A stretch of 20,000 nt of DNA from an uncultured virus (IMG/VR IMGVR_UViG_3300008255_000130) (IMGVR_UViG_3300008255_000130), one strand, 5' to 3'. Shown: positions 1 through 7,951, numbered from the stretch's first letter. Notes: a model not told the origin generated them from the letters alone. Numbers and translations are program-made.

Positions 1-54
1 AAATACGATCAAAAAATTAGAATCCCTTTTATAAAACAAATAGTAGGTATATGA
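1..54 (+). CDS. 3' end of an upstream gene (partial; ...KYDQKIRIPFIKQIVGI*)
   Basis: Frame 1 is open from base 1 to TGA at 52-54. That TGA overlaps the ATG at 51 (ATGA), an arrangement repeated elsewhere in this operon. Confidence 0.45.
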   Translation, partial: KYDQKIRIPFIKQIVGI

Positions 55-167
55 GATATCTACTATTACTTATTTTGGCTTCCATGTTATATTTGTACGT
101 GGAGGCTAAGGTGATAGACTATTATCTTGAGAACAATCCATGCTTTCAAAACATCCACGAAAAATAA
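51..167 (+). CDS. Small 38-aa secreted or membrane peptide (MRYLLLLILASMLYLYVEAKVIDYYLENNPCFQNIHEK), absent from the ORF track
   Basis: Manual translation. ATGA overlap with the upstream stop, AGGT just upstream, MR n-region, hydrophobic core and V-E-A candidate cleavage site. Overlaps the start of the next gene. Confidence 0.55.
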   Translation: MRYLLLLILASMLYLYVEAKVIDYYLENNPCFQNIHEK

Positions 168-1354
168 CAGATTTATTAAAGCAGTATAATGAACAGTTCA
201 TAAAAAGTATGATGTTGAAAGTTATTTCAATATCATATTTTTCGGCTGCTTTTTTTACAGTAGTATTTAATGCATTTTATTTTTTTGTACCTGTTTTGAG
301 TTCTATTACTAATTTAATGCTTGTATATACGATTACTCTTGGCGTAGCGTATAAAATAAGTCTATCAAAAAGAATTAAATATAGTTATGATATTTCTTCT
401 ATTCTTCTTCTGGTTGCAGATGTTATATTTATATTTTCTACATTTGTATTTACACCAACTGGTATGATGGGGATTTACAATCCATCTTATAATTTTATTT
501 TTATGATGTTTATAGCTTTTACAATTTTTACACCAAATTTCTTATATGCTATTCTACATTCTCTATCTTATGCTACTTTGGCTTCTGTATTTTATGTATG
601 GAATTTTAGCCAAAGTTCTTTATTTGTGATTGCACCGTTGGCTATTTCTACAGTGGTCACAGTACCTTTGTTTTATTACTTTACAGCTTGTCTTGTGTCT
701 TATTATATTTGGTATAGAAACACTCATTACTCAAATATAAAAACTTATGTTCAAAATAATTTGATTACATCGGCCCATCAGAAATTAATTACAAACGATC
801 AAATAGATATTGACAATTGGCATATACTTACGGCTCTTATCAATATTGAAACAGACTTATATGGTGGAGATTTTATTACTCATAAAGTTAAAAGAGATAC
901 AATTGAATTAATTATAGGTGATGTTTTGGATCATGGAGTAGATTCTGCCCAAATAGCTTTTGCTTTAATGAGTATCTTTCACTCAAAATTAGAAAGACAT
1001 CCAGAAGAAACTATTCTGAATTGTCATGAATTTCTTAGAACTATGGGAATAGATGAAGGAGGAATGGCTTATATTTCTCTGATTGAATTAGATAGAAAAA
1101 CTAATAGATGTAGAATTTATGGCAACTCCGGAGTGTATCCTATTTTAATAAAGCTTCAGGATCATATAGAAATAATCACTAAAAATTCTGTTTATGGAGT
1201 AAATATAGATATAGAGAAAATAGAATTTATAGAAGTCTATCTCAAAAAGAGTGAAATGCTAGTAGTAAAAACTGATGGTTGGAACTCTGAATATGATGAG
1301 AAAGCTTCTATTATTATAGGATATAACGATGATAGAAATATTTCTAGGGCTTGA
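140..1354 (+). CDS. Membrane-bound PP2C/SpoIIE (RsbU/SiaA-like) Ser/Thr phosphatase with an N-terminal multi-TM region
   Basis: About 5-6 hydrophobic segments in aa ~28-191. The C-terminal domain has the SpoIIE motifs GGDF, IIGDVLDHGVDSA, GNSG.YP and VVKTDG. Confidence 0.85.
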   Translation: MLSKHPRKITDLLKQYNEQFIKSMMLKVISISYFSAAFFTVVFNAFYFFVPVLSSITNLMLVYTITLGVAYKISLSKRIKYSYDISSILLLVADVIFIFSTFVFTPTGMMGIYNPSYNFIFMMFIAFTIFTPNFLYAILHSLSYATLASVFYVWNFSQSSLFVIAPLAISTVVTVPLFYYFTACLVSYYIWYRNTHYSNIKTYVQNNLITSAHQKLITNDQIDIDNWHILTALINIETDLYGGDFITHKVKRDTIELIIGDVLDHGVDSAQIAFALMSIFHSKLERHPEETILNCHEFLRTMGIDEGGMAYISLIELDRKTNRCRIYGNSGVYPILIKLQDHIEIITKNSVYGVNIDIEKIEFIEVYLKKSEMLVVKTDGWNSEYDEKASIIIGYNDDRNISRA

Positions 1355-1943
1355 TAAAATACAACAATGGTTTTTAATTATATTCGGTACAATTATAATA
1401 CTTAGTTGCGCCTCAGTTGTTTTATATTTACTTTTTAAGGGTGGTATAAAAACAAAAAACTATGAGTTAAAAGGCATAGAAAAAGAAGCAGTTAAATTAC
1501 CTGAATATCAAAAACAAAATATTTGGGAAAAAGATATTACTATTAAAGCCGAGAAGTTCCCCCACGATGATATAAAAATAGGTTCTATTGGATTTATAAA
1601 AGACATAGTTATATTCAAATTTTTTGGAACATTCTGGAATTCTGCTGATCCTGAAACTAAAATATTATATGATAAGTTCGCAGAACAATTTGTACCGCCT
1701 ATGTGGGTAGATATGCCCTATAGAAATCAGTTAGAAGCATTTTTATTTCTTGAAAATTCTAATATTCAATCTAAATTATTACCTATCATAAGAGAACAAG
1801 CAAAACTTTGGAAACATATATTTGTAATAGGTACTTGGGAACAAATACAAGGGCAAGAGTTGTCCATGCTTACAGCAGAAAGCAACGCTCCAGAAAACAT
1901 CATAGTTATGACTTCGCCGCCTACTTCACTTGGAAGGTTATAA
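1329..1943 (+). CDS. Single-TM protein with a putative STAS/SiaC-like (anti-anti-sigma-type) domain
   Basis: One TM helix at aa ~14-36. IVIFKFFGTF...FLFLENSNIQSKLL...IFVIG resembles the STAS strand/helix pattern, with S148 at the phosphoacceptor-like position. The gene lies between a PP2C and a GHKL-type kinase. Confidence 0.5.
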   Translation: MIEIFLGLDKIQQWFLIIFGTIIILSCASVVLYLLFKGGIKTKNYELKGIEKEAVKLPEYQKQNIWEKDITIKAEKFPHDDIKIGSIGFIKDIVIFKFFGTFWNSADPETKILYDKFAEQFVPPMWVDMPYRNQLEAFLFLENSNIQSKLLPIIREQAKLWKHIFVIGTWEQIQGQELSMLTAESNAPENIIVMTSPPTSLGRL

Positions 1944-1952
1944 AAAATAATA

Positions 1953-2363
1953 ATGAGAAAAGTAGAAGTTTATAAAGTAGAAGAACTTAGGGATTTATAC
2001 AAAATTCAACTTTCTTTACAACAAAAGAATTTGAATTCTAAAATAAAATGGGCTCTTCAAGAGCTTGCAAATAATGTTATAGAATATGAAGAGAAAGCTA
2101 AAATTCTTTTGAATAAAAATTCAATAATTGTTTCTATAGCATTAGATTCAATTACAGAAGATTCTATAAAAATTATTAGAGCTTCAATAGATGAGATTAA
2201 AAAAAATAAAGGTAATTTTATAAAAAACAAATCTAAAAACAATTATAACTATGGCGGATATGGCTTACGATCTATATTTAAAATGGGTTTTTCTTTTAGA
2301 ATGTTTAAAACAGAAGAAAGCGTACTACTAATTTGTAGATTAAAAGGAGATTATAATGTTTAA
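1953..2363 (+). CDS. Small stand-alone HATPase-fold Ser/Thr kinase, SiaB/RsbW (anti-sigma)-like
   Basis: N-box ALQELANNVIEY and G2 box GGYGL in 136 aa. No HisKA domain and no obvious DxGxG G1 box. Confidence 0.72.
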   Translation: MRKVEVYKVEELRDLYKIQLSLQQKNLNSKIKWALQELANNVIEYEEKAKILLNKNSIIVSIALDSITEDSIKIIRASIDEIKKNKGNFIKNKSKNNYNYGGYGLRSIFKMGFSFRMFKTEESVLLICRLKGDYNV

Positions 2364-2721
2364 AAGATTTTGGAAATTTATAGTAACAGATGATAGAACT
2401 GGTAAGCCAAGTAAAACTGCATTTATACAATTCAGTACATTTATGATAATTACAGCATTTGTTCTTTTTGTGACCACATTGGTTACTTTGGACGTCTTTG
2501 GAATTGTAGATGCTGTTTCAGATGCATCATTTAAAATGATTGAAGAAGTATTCAAATATATGTTTGAGATATTTATTGTGACTACTGCTGGATATAATAC
2601 TAATAGATTTATTAAAGCAAAATGGGGTTCAATAGAAGCCAAGCCTATAAAGAATCCAAAAGGCGACGAAGACGAAGACGAAGACGAAGACGAAGAAGAT
2701 CATGAGAGAGTTGAGATATGA
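2356..2721 (+). CDS. Putative holin (2 TM) with acidic C-terminal tail
   Basis: AGGAG RBS, basic N-terminus, TDDRTGKPSKT motif before TM1, two hydrophobic helices, and an ATGA overlap with the putative endolysin. Confidence 0.6.
   Translation: MFKRFWKFIVTDDRTGKPSKTAFIQFSTFMIITAFVLFVTTLVTLDVFGIVDAVSDASFKMIEEVFKYMFEIFIVTTAGYNTNRFIKAKWGSIEAKPIKNPKGDEDEDEDEDEEDHERVEI
2665..2694 (+). repeat. (GACGAA)x5 in-frame microsatellite encoding (DE)5
   Basis: Five exact hexamer copies are visible in the sequence. Confidence 0.95.
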
Positions 2722-3392
2722 AAAGTTATATTTTAAAAGACCATCAATACGAATTTCAACAAGATAATTACAATCCAGACGGTACCAGTAATATGGTTGC
2801 CTCTAAAGAATGGGGAAGATTCAATCAATGTTTTATCTCTAGTTCCGTAATGTCTCTTAGACAATGTTTTATTAGAGTGAGAGAGAAAGGTATTCTACAA
2901 GAAAAGGGTACAGAAGGTATTTTTTTTGATGAGATAGCGTATTTGGCTATTCTCTTGAGTAAAGTTAATAAAGATGGTGATGCTTGGAAAAACAATGATG
3001 GTAGATATTGGTGGGAAAATCACTGTAATCTATTGAATGAATTAACAGATCAATTTTTCAAAGGTGAATTACCAGGAAAATGGGTTTGGCATAAACAATC
3101 TCTTGATATGATAATCAAAGTTTTAAAATCCAATTATCAGCCTATCGTTGGTATTTATATTGGAGATTATTACAGAGGTGGTAAAGGACACGTTACTGCA
3201 GTTGTTGGTTGGAAAGAAGATGAGAAAGGAAATATTCTTGGATTGTACTTTAATGATCCAGCTGGAAATTTAATATCGAAGAAGTCTTATAAAAATGCTG
3301 GAGCTCTTGACGGAAAAGAAGTATATTATTCTAAAGAAGTATTGAATAAAACAATGAAGTCTGGACAGATGATGTATTTTAAAGAAAATTAA
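2718..3392 (+). CDS. Papain-like C39-family cysteine peptidase, putative endolysin
   Basis: QQDN...NQC(38)FISS, GHVTAVVG and FNDPAG give the Cys-His-Asp order of C39-like peptidases. Follows the holin-like gene. Confidence 0.75.
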   Translation: MKSYILKDHQYEFQQDNYNPDGTSNMVASKEWGRFNQCFISSSVMSLRQCFIRVREKGILQEKGTEGIFFDEIAYLAILLSKVNKDGDAWKNNDGRYWWENHCNLLNELTDQFFKGELPGKWVWHKQSLDMIIKVLKSNYQPIVGIYIGDYYRGGKGHVTAVVGWKEDEKGNILGLYFNDPAGNLISKKSYKNAGALDGKEVYYSKEVLNKTMKSGQMMYFKEN

Positions 3393-3394
3393 AA

Positions 3395-4159
3395 ATGAAA
3401 AAAACTTATAACATATTAGACTCGTTTGAAAGTGAGCTGGAAGATATTCTAGATGATGAGGAGGAAACGCCAACAGAAGTTCCTACGCCCACTGAGAGTG
3501 ATACTGTCGATGTGTTAGAGATACCTAAATATTCTGATTCTAATTTTGATTTACAACCTACACCTCCGGCAGATCATTATGAAGTTCCTGCGAAAGATAC
3601 TACACAAAAGATTCCACATTTTGCTAAATCAGTACAATTATATAGAAGATTTAAAAAACTTGTATCTAATCTTGTATCAAAAAATTATGATAGATTGCTT
3701 GAAGTAATACAAGAAACAGAAAATAGATTACAAGAACAAATAAATAAAAAAGGAAATTCTAATTATAAAACACAACCACTTATTGGTGGTATAGTTGGAA
3801 GCCCCAATCTAAATAAAGGTGATATAGAAACAATTCATAGAGTTGGTCATATGTTATTTAGAGAAGTAAGAGTCAATAAAAATGAAACTGTTATGGTTGA
3901 CTTTATTGATTATAATAATCAATTCAATAAGATGGCTTGGGATTTAGTTATTACTAATATGACAGGTATGGCTTTATTGGGATTTACAGTTACAGCTTAC
4001 TTTGCAGATGAAGAAGTATTTTATTCAGTGTCGAATGTTACAGATAATGATAATTTAGATTATGAAATATCTGTTGTGAAACAAAACATAAATATGAATC
4101 TTTATTTCACAAATAATTCAAACACTTACTTAAATATAATATATAGAAGAGTTTACTAG
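3395..4159 (+). CDS. Hypothetical virion-associated protein: acidic/Pro-rich N-terminus, coiled coil, beta-rich C-terminal domain
   Basis: The C-terminal ~90 aa parallel the C-terminal domain of the next ORF. Located in the structural gene cluster. Confidence 0.5.
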   Translation: MKKTYNILDSFESELEDILDDEEETPTEVPTPTESDTVDVLEIPKYSDSNFDLQPTPPADHYEVPAKDTTQKIPHFAKSVQLYRRFKKLVSNLVSKNYDRLLEVIQETENRLQEQINKKGNSNYKTQPLIGGIVGSPNLNKGDIETIHRVGHMLFREVRVNKNETVMVDFIDYNNQFNKMAWDLVITNMTGMALLGFTVTAYFADEEVFYSVSNVTDNDNLDYEISVVKQNINMNLYFTNNSNTYLNIIYRRVY

Positions 4160-4168
4160 GAGAAATAG

Positions 4169-5272
4169 ATGTTACAGAATTTTGGAGCCTTAAAAGGTAT
4201 AACGATTAACAAAGCGAATGGGAGTGCTAAAGTTTATATTGAAAACTTTGGAAACGTAGCGCCAGGTGGCGGATTTGGAAATAATAATGACTATGCAATA
4301 GATTTAGTTACAAACGAAATATGGCTAAAAACAGCAGGGACTTGGGCTAAGACCGGGATTTCAAATAGAGTAGATGCTCTAGAATCCGGTCTTAGATGGT
4401 TGCCAGGTGTAAGAGTATATTCTGGTACATTGACAGAAGCCAATTTGCTTTCTTCTGGTGCTACTATCTCTTCTTTTGAAGGTGGTGCATCATTTACATT
4501 TACTTCTGGTCAAAGAGTAGCACTTGGTGCTACTGGAAAAATTTATGAATTTGATGGTACAGTTTGGGCCGAATGGCAACCTCAAAATAATTTAAGAACT
4601 GGTGATACTTTTATAACTCAAAACTATTTACCAGATATTGATACTAGAGAGAAAGGTTTGGCTATTGTTCAATACAACGGTACGGCTTTTATTAAACTTA
4701 GTGATATAGATTTTGAAACAGCTGATTCTATTTCTTTTTCAAACTATGTAGTTTCTGGAGTTCCGACTTCAGCCGCTTATCCTGTAAGTACTGATTCTAT
4801 TGAAGGTGCTATTTTAAAATTTCATAGAATTATGCTTAACTTTGAAGCTCAATTTGGTATTCCTTTTAATACTGCAAATATTGGTGCAATGAGTGGAGCT
4901 ACTATTACAAGTAATACAACAGTCAAAGATGCTTTACAAGAAATTGTAAACAAAACAAGATTTGAAAACAATCTTAGTAATATAACTACTTCAACAGTTT
5001 TAGATACTATTGCTGTTGCACAAGCAAAATCTGTGCAATGGGAAGTTCAAGTTATTGTAGCCGCTGATCCAACTAGAACCTATTCACTTGTTATCAATGC
5101 ATTAACCAACGGTACTACAGCAGATTGGAGTGAAAGTAATATTAGAGAGATAGGAACTATCATAAATGGTTTAGCGTTCTCTGTAGATGTAGTAGCAACT
5201 AATCTTAGATTGTTGGCATCATCTTCAGAAGCAGTAAATATTACAGCTACTAGAAGAATTATTGGTAAGTAA
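4169..5272 (+). CDS. Putative tail fibre / virion structural protein
   Basis: AGGAG RBS and G/T/S/A/N-rich composition. Contains an AP..G...D...D.......K..G.W fibre-type motif and a beta-sandwich-like C-terminus (TVLDT...SVQWEVQV...FSVDV..TNLRL). Confidence 0.65.
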   Translation: MLQNFGALKGITINKANGSAKVYIENFGNVAPGGGFGNNNDYAIDLVTNEIWLKTAGTWAKTGISNRVDALESGLRWLPGVRVYSGTLTEANLLSSGATISSFEGGASFTFTSGQRVALGATGKIYEFDGTVWAEWQPQNNLRTGDTFITQNYLPDIDTREKGLAIVQYNGTAFIKLSDIDFETADSISFSNYVVSGVPTSAAYPVSTDSIEGAILKFHRIMLNFEAQFGIPFNTANIGAMSGATITSNTTVKDALQEIVNKTRFENNLSNITTSTVLDTIAVAQAKSVQWEVQVIVAADPTRTYSLVINALTNGTTADWSESNIREIGTIINGLAFSVDVVATNLRLLASSSEAVNITATRRIIGK

Positions 5273-6630
5273 TGCAAAATTTTGGAGTTAAACAGGGGAT
5301 AACATATTTTCTCACTGGTTCAACATTAAAGATATTTAATAGTAATCTTAATGGCATAGCTCCATCAAATGCAGTAGGTGTCAATGGAGATACATTTAAT
5401 GATACCTCTACAAATAGAACCTATAAAAAAACTGGTGGTCTTTGGGAAACTTTTGGTCTTACAAGACAACTAGAAACTCTTATCACTCCTGGCCCAAATG
5501 GCGGAATAGTTTTTAGTAATAATGGACAATTTGAAGTATCTTCAAGATTCAAATATCTAACTTCCGCAGACGATGGTTCAGATGTATCTCTTGGAACTAA
5601 AGGATTAATAAGACACTTAGTTCCAAGTTATTCGCCAAACGGTAGATTTGAATTTAGACCGGATTTGAATCTTAATAATATTTTTATAGTTCAAACTGAA
5701 AATTTAATATCTACTAATGATTTTGTGTTTCAATTACAAACAACTGGTAATACTCAGTGGGCTATGCTGGAAGCATGGAATACAGGTGGTCTTAGTATTG
5801 GTTCTGGTGGCTCTGGAAATAATTCAATAAGATTTGATTTGGCAAGGGCCAACATAGCAGAGTTAAAAACTACAGCATTTGAAATAAAAACTAATATAGA
5901 TATTTTTAATAATCGTATGATTAATCTTGCTGATCCTATAAACGATCAAGATGCAATAAATAAAAGATATCTTGAAGATGCTATTTATAATCCAAATAAA
6001 CCTACAATTATTATGGATGATTTCATGTCTGCATCTACAACAAATAATGATATTGGCACTCTTGGTTGGAAAACAAATGGTAGTGGTAACAGTACTAATG
6101 CGGCATATATAACACCAGGACATCCAGGTGTACATACAAGAATCCAACGGACTAATAACTCTTGGGTTTCAATGTATCTTGCTAGAGTAAATGGCGAACA
6201 AGTAATCAATTTTCAAAATTTTACAAAGATGATTTGGATTGTAAAAGTTCAGAATGATGTGGCAAATTTGGGGGCAAATATTGGATTGTTTTCACAAGGA
6301 AACAATAACAACGCCAATAACAATCTTGTTGGATTTCAAAAATTAAATACAGATACAAACTGGTTTGCTGTAAGTAGATTCAACTCTCTTGAGACTAGAG
6401 TAAATACAGGAATAGCTGGTAGTTTAAATTGGATTAAATTTGAAGTAATTAAAACCCCTACAAATTTGCTTTATTATATAGATAGTGTATTAGTTGCAAC
6501 TATTACTACTAATAGACCAACTTTTGATACCTTATTTAATGTTGGTTTTTCACTCTTTAAAAACGGTGGGCCAAATATAAACTTTTCTATAGATTACTTT
6601 TCAATGAGGATGGATTCAAGTGACAGATAA
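5272..6630 (+). CDS. Putative tail fibre / receptor-binding protein with C-terminal lectin-like (ConA/LamG-type) domain
   Basis: N-terminus paralogous to the preceding ORF. NRMINLADPINDQDAINKRY trimeric-fibre neck motif. C-terminal WIKFEV...YYIDSVLVAT.TTN.P...IDY beta-sandwich pattern. Confidence 0.7.
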   Translation: MQNFGVKQGITYFLTGSTLKIFNSNLNGIAPSNAVGVNGDTFNDTSTNRTYKKTGGLWETFGLTRQLETLITPGPNGGIVFSNNGQFEVSSRFKYLTSADDGSDVSLGTKGLIRHLVPSYSPNGRFEFRPDLNLNNIFIVQTENLISTNDFVFQLQTTGNTQWAMLEAWNTGGLSIGSGGSGNNSIRFDLARANIAELKTTAFEIKTNIDIFNNRMINLADPINDQDAINKRYLEDAIYNPNKPTIIMDDFMSASTTNNDIGTLGWKTNGSGNSTNAAYITPGHPGVHTRIQRTNNSWVSMYLARVNGEQVINFQNFTKMIWIVKVQNDVANLGANIGLFSQGNNNNANNNLVGFQKLNTDTNWFAVSRFNSLETRVNTGIAGSLNWIKFEVIKTPTNLLYYIDSVLVATITTNRPTFDTLFNVGFSLFKNGGPNINFSIDYFSMRMDSSDR

Positions 6631-7333
6631 TATTTACAGAGTAAATACAACAAAAGATGGAAGTATAGATTTTCATACACAACAAGAGGCTGATGATTTT
6701 ATAGTATTTTATCAAGTCACTCAAATAGAAGATGTACCAAAAGAAATTAATTCTAAAGTAACTAAATATGCTGTAGTAACTCAAAATAATCAAATTCTAT
6801 TTGATACAGAGCAAGAACGAGCCACATATATTGAAGATAATGAATATGTAGAATTATTAAATGTAGAAATTAATGAACCAATTGATATAACAGAATATAA
6901 GTTAATCCACAATAATGATACTTTAACTTTCGATACAGAGCAAGAACGAACTACATATATTTCTCAAATAAATGCTTCTATTGAAATATTTGAACCTACT
7001 ATTGATAACTCTGCTATTATGTATTCAACTATAGAAGATGTTTTAACTTCTGCTATAAACTTTGGTCAAAAACTTATGAAAGATTTTATAATAGAAAATA
7101 TAACTCTTGGGATAACTCAAAGAGGATTAACTTCTCATGTAAGAAAAATAACTTCTGAATTAATCACTTGTTTAAACACAGGCTCTCTTTACGATGCTAT
7201 ATCTGAAATAAAACTAATTACCCCTGCTAGTCTTGATCCTGTGATTCTTAGTGAAGCTAGAATGCTTTCTTTTAGAAATAAAGTTCACGAATATCTTGGA
7301 TTACCTCTCGTTACAACTTGGAATCAACAATGA
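6620..7333 (+). CDS. Hypothetical protein with three short internal repeats (possible fibre assembly or accessory protein)
   Basis: GTG start with GAGG/GGA upstream. Repeats IDFHTQQEADDFI, ILFDTEQERATYI and LTFDTEQERTTYI. Follows the fibre gene. Confidence 0.55.
   Translation: MTDNIYRVNTTKDGSIDFHTQQEADDFIVFYQVTQIEDVPKEINSKVTKYAVVTQNNQILFDTEQERATYIEDNEYVELLNVEINEPIDITEYKLIHNNDTLTFDTEQERTTYISQINASIEIFEPTIDNSAIMYSTIEDVLTSAINFGQKLMKDFIIENITLGITQRGLTSHVRKITSELITCLNTGSLYDAISEIKLITPASLDPVILSEARMLSFRNKVHEYLGLPLVTTWNQQ
6803..6949 (+). repeat. 18-nt exact direct repeat GATACAGAGCAAGAACGA (6803-6820 and 6932-6949)
   Basis: Two identical copies 129 nt (43 codons) apart, in frame. Confidence 0.9.
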
Positions 7334-7941
7334 ACAAAAAACTCTTCAATTTTTTTAGACCTTATTTTTTAATTTTGATAAGACCTCTTATAATATATCT
7401 TGGTAAACTAAAAATGCCATATACAAGTAAAACTCACGTTTTAAGACATTTTTATTATATTGTAAAAACAATAAAACCTGGTGATACTATTCTTTCTATT
7501 AGTAGAGGACATTTTTCTAATTTACTTTTATCAATAGTAAATAGAGGCTTTTATAAACATTCAGCTATTTATATAGGTGTTGAGAATGGAATACCTATGG
7601 TGGTTGAAGCAATTAGTGAAGGCGTTGTAAAAAAAAGTTTAATTCATTTTTTAGCTGATAAGGATGAAGTGGCTTTTATTAGACCCAATCCAAATATAGC
7701 AGATTCAGAAACTATTTATTTATCAAACAAATGGTTAGAAAAACAAATAGGTAAACCATACGATTATAATTTTAGTTTTAACAATGAAGATTTTTATTGT
7801 ATAGAATTAAACTTTTTCTATTACAAAGCAGGAAAAGAAGATATAGAATTTACTAGAGCATATAATAGTAAAAATGAAATAAATCCAAATGATTTTTATT
7901 ATGCAAAAAAATACTTTACAACTTATTTCGAGATTAAATAA
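7330..7941 (+). CDS. Permuted papain-like amidase, YaeF/YiiX (C92) family NlpC/P60
   Basis: IKPGDTIL, YKHSAIY, VVEA...GV, QIGKPYDY.F and FYCIEL place His before Cys, the permuted order. Start moved to the ATG at 7330, which overlaps the previous TGA. Confidence 0.88.
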   Translation: MNKKLFNFFRPYFLILIRPLIIYLGKLKMPYTSKTHVLRHFYYIVKTIKPGDTILSISRGHFSNLLLSIVNRGFYKHSAIYIGVENGIPMVVEAISEGVVKKSLIHFLADKDEVAFIRPNPNIADSETIYLSNKWLEKQIGKPYDYNFSFNNEDFYCIELNFFYYKAGKEDIEFTRAYNSKNEINPNDFYYAKKYFTTYFEIK

Positions 7942-7951
7942 ATATACTCTA

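Noticed and set aside
1953..2363. Two-component histidine kinase
   Set aside because: There is no HisKA/H-box and no response regulator nearby; size and context fit a partner-switching Ser/Thr kinase.
4169..6630. Diversity-generating retroelement target in the fibre genes
   Set aside because: No reverse transcriptase and no ~100-nt adenine-variable repeat pair were seen in the window.
7889..7951. Longer N-terminus for ORF 7889-8584 as given in the track
   Set aside because: It overlaps the upstream gene by 53 nt; ATG 7952, just after the stop and the TAAATA box, is more plausible.
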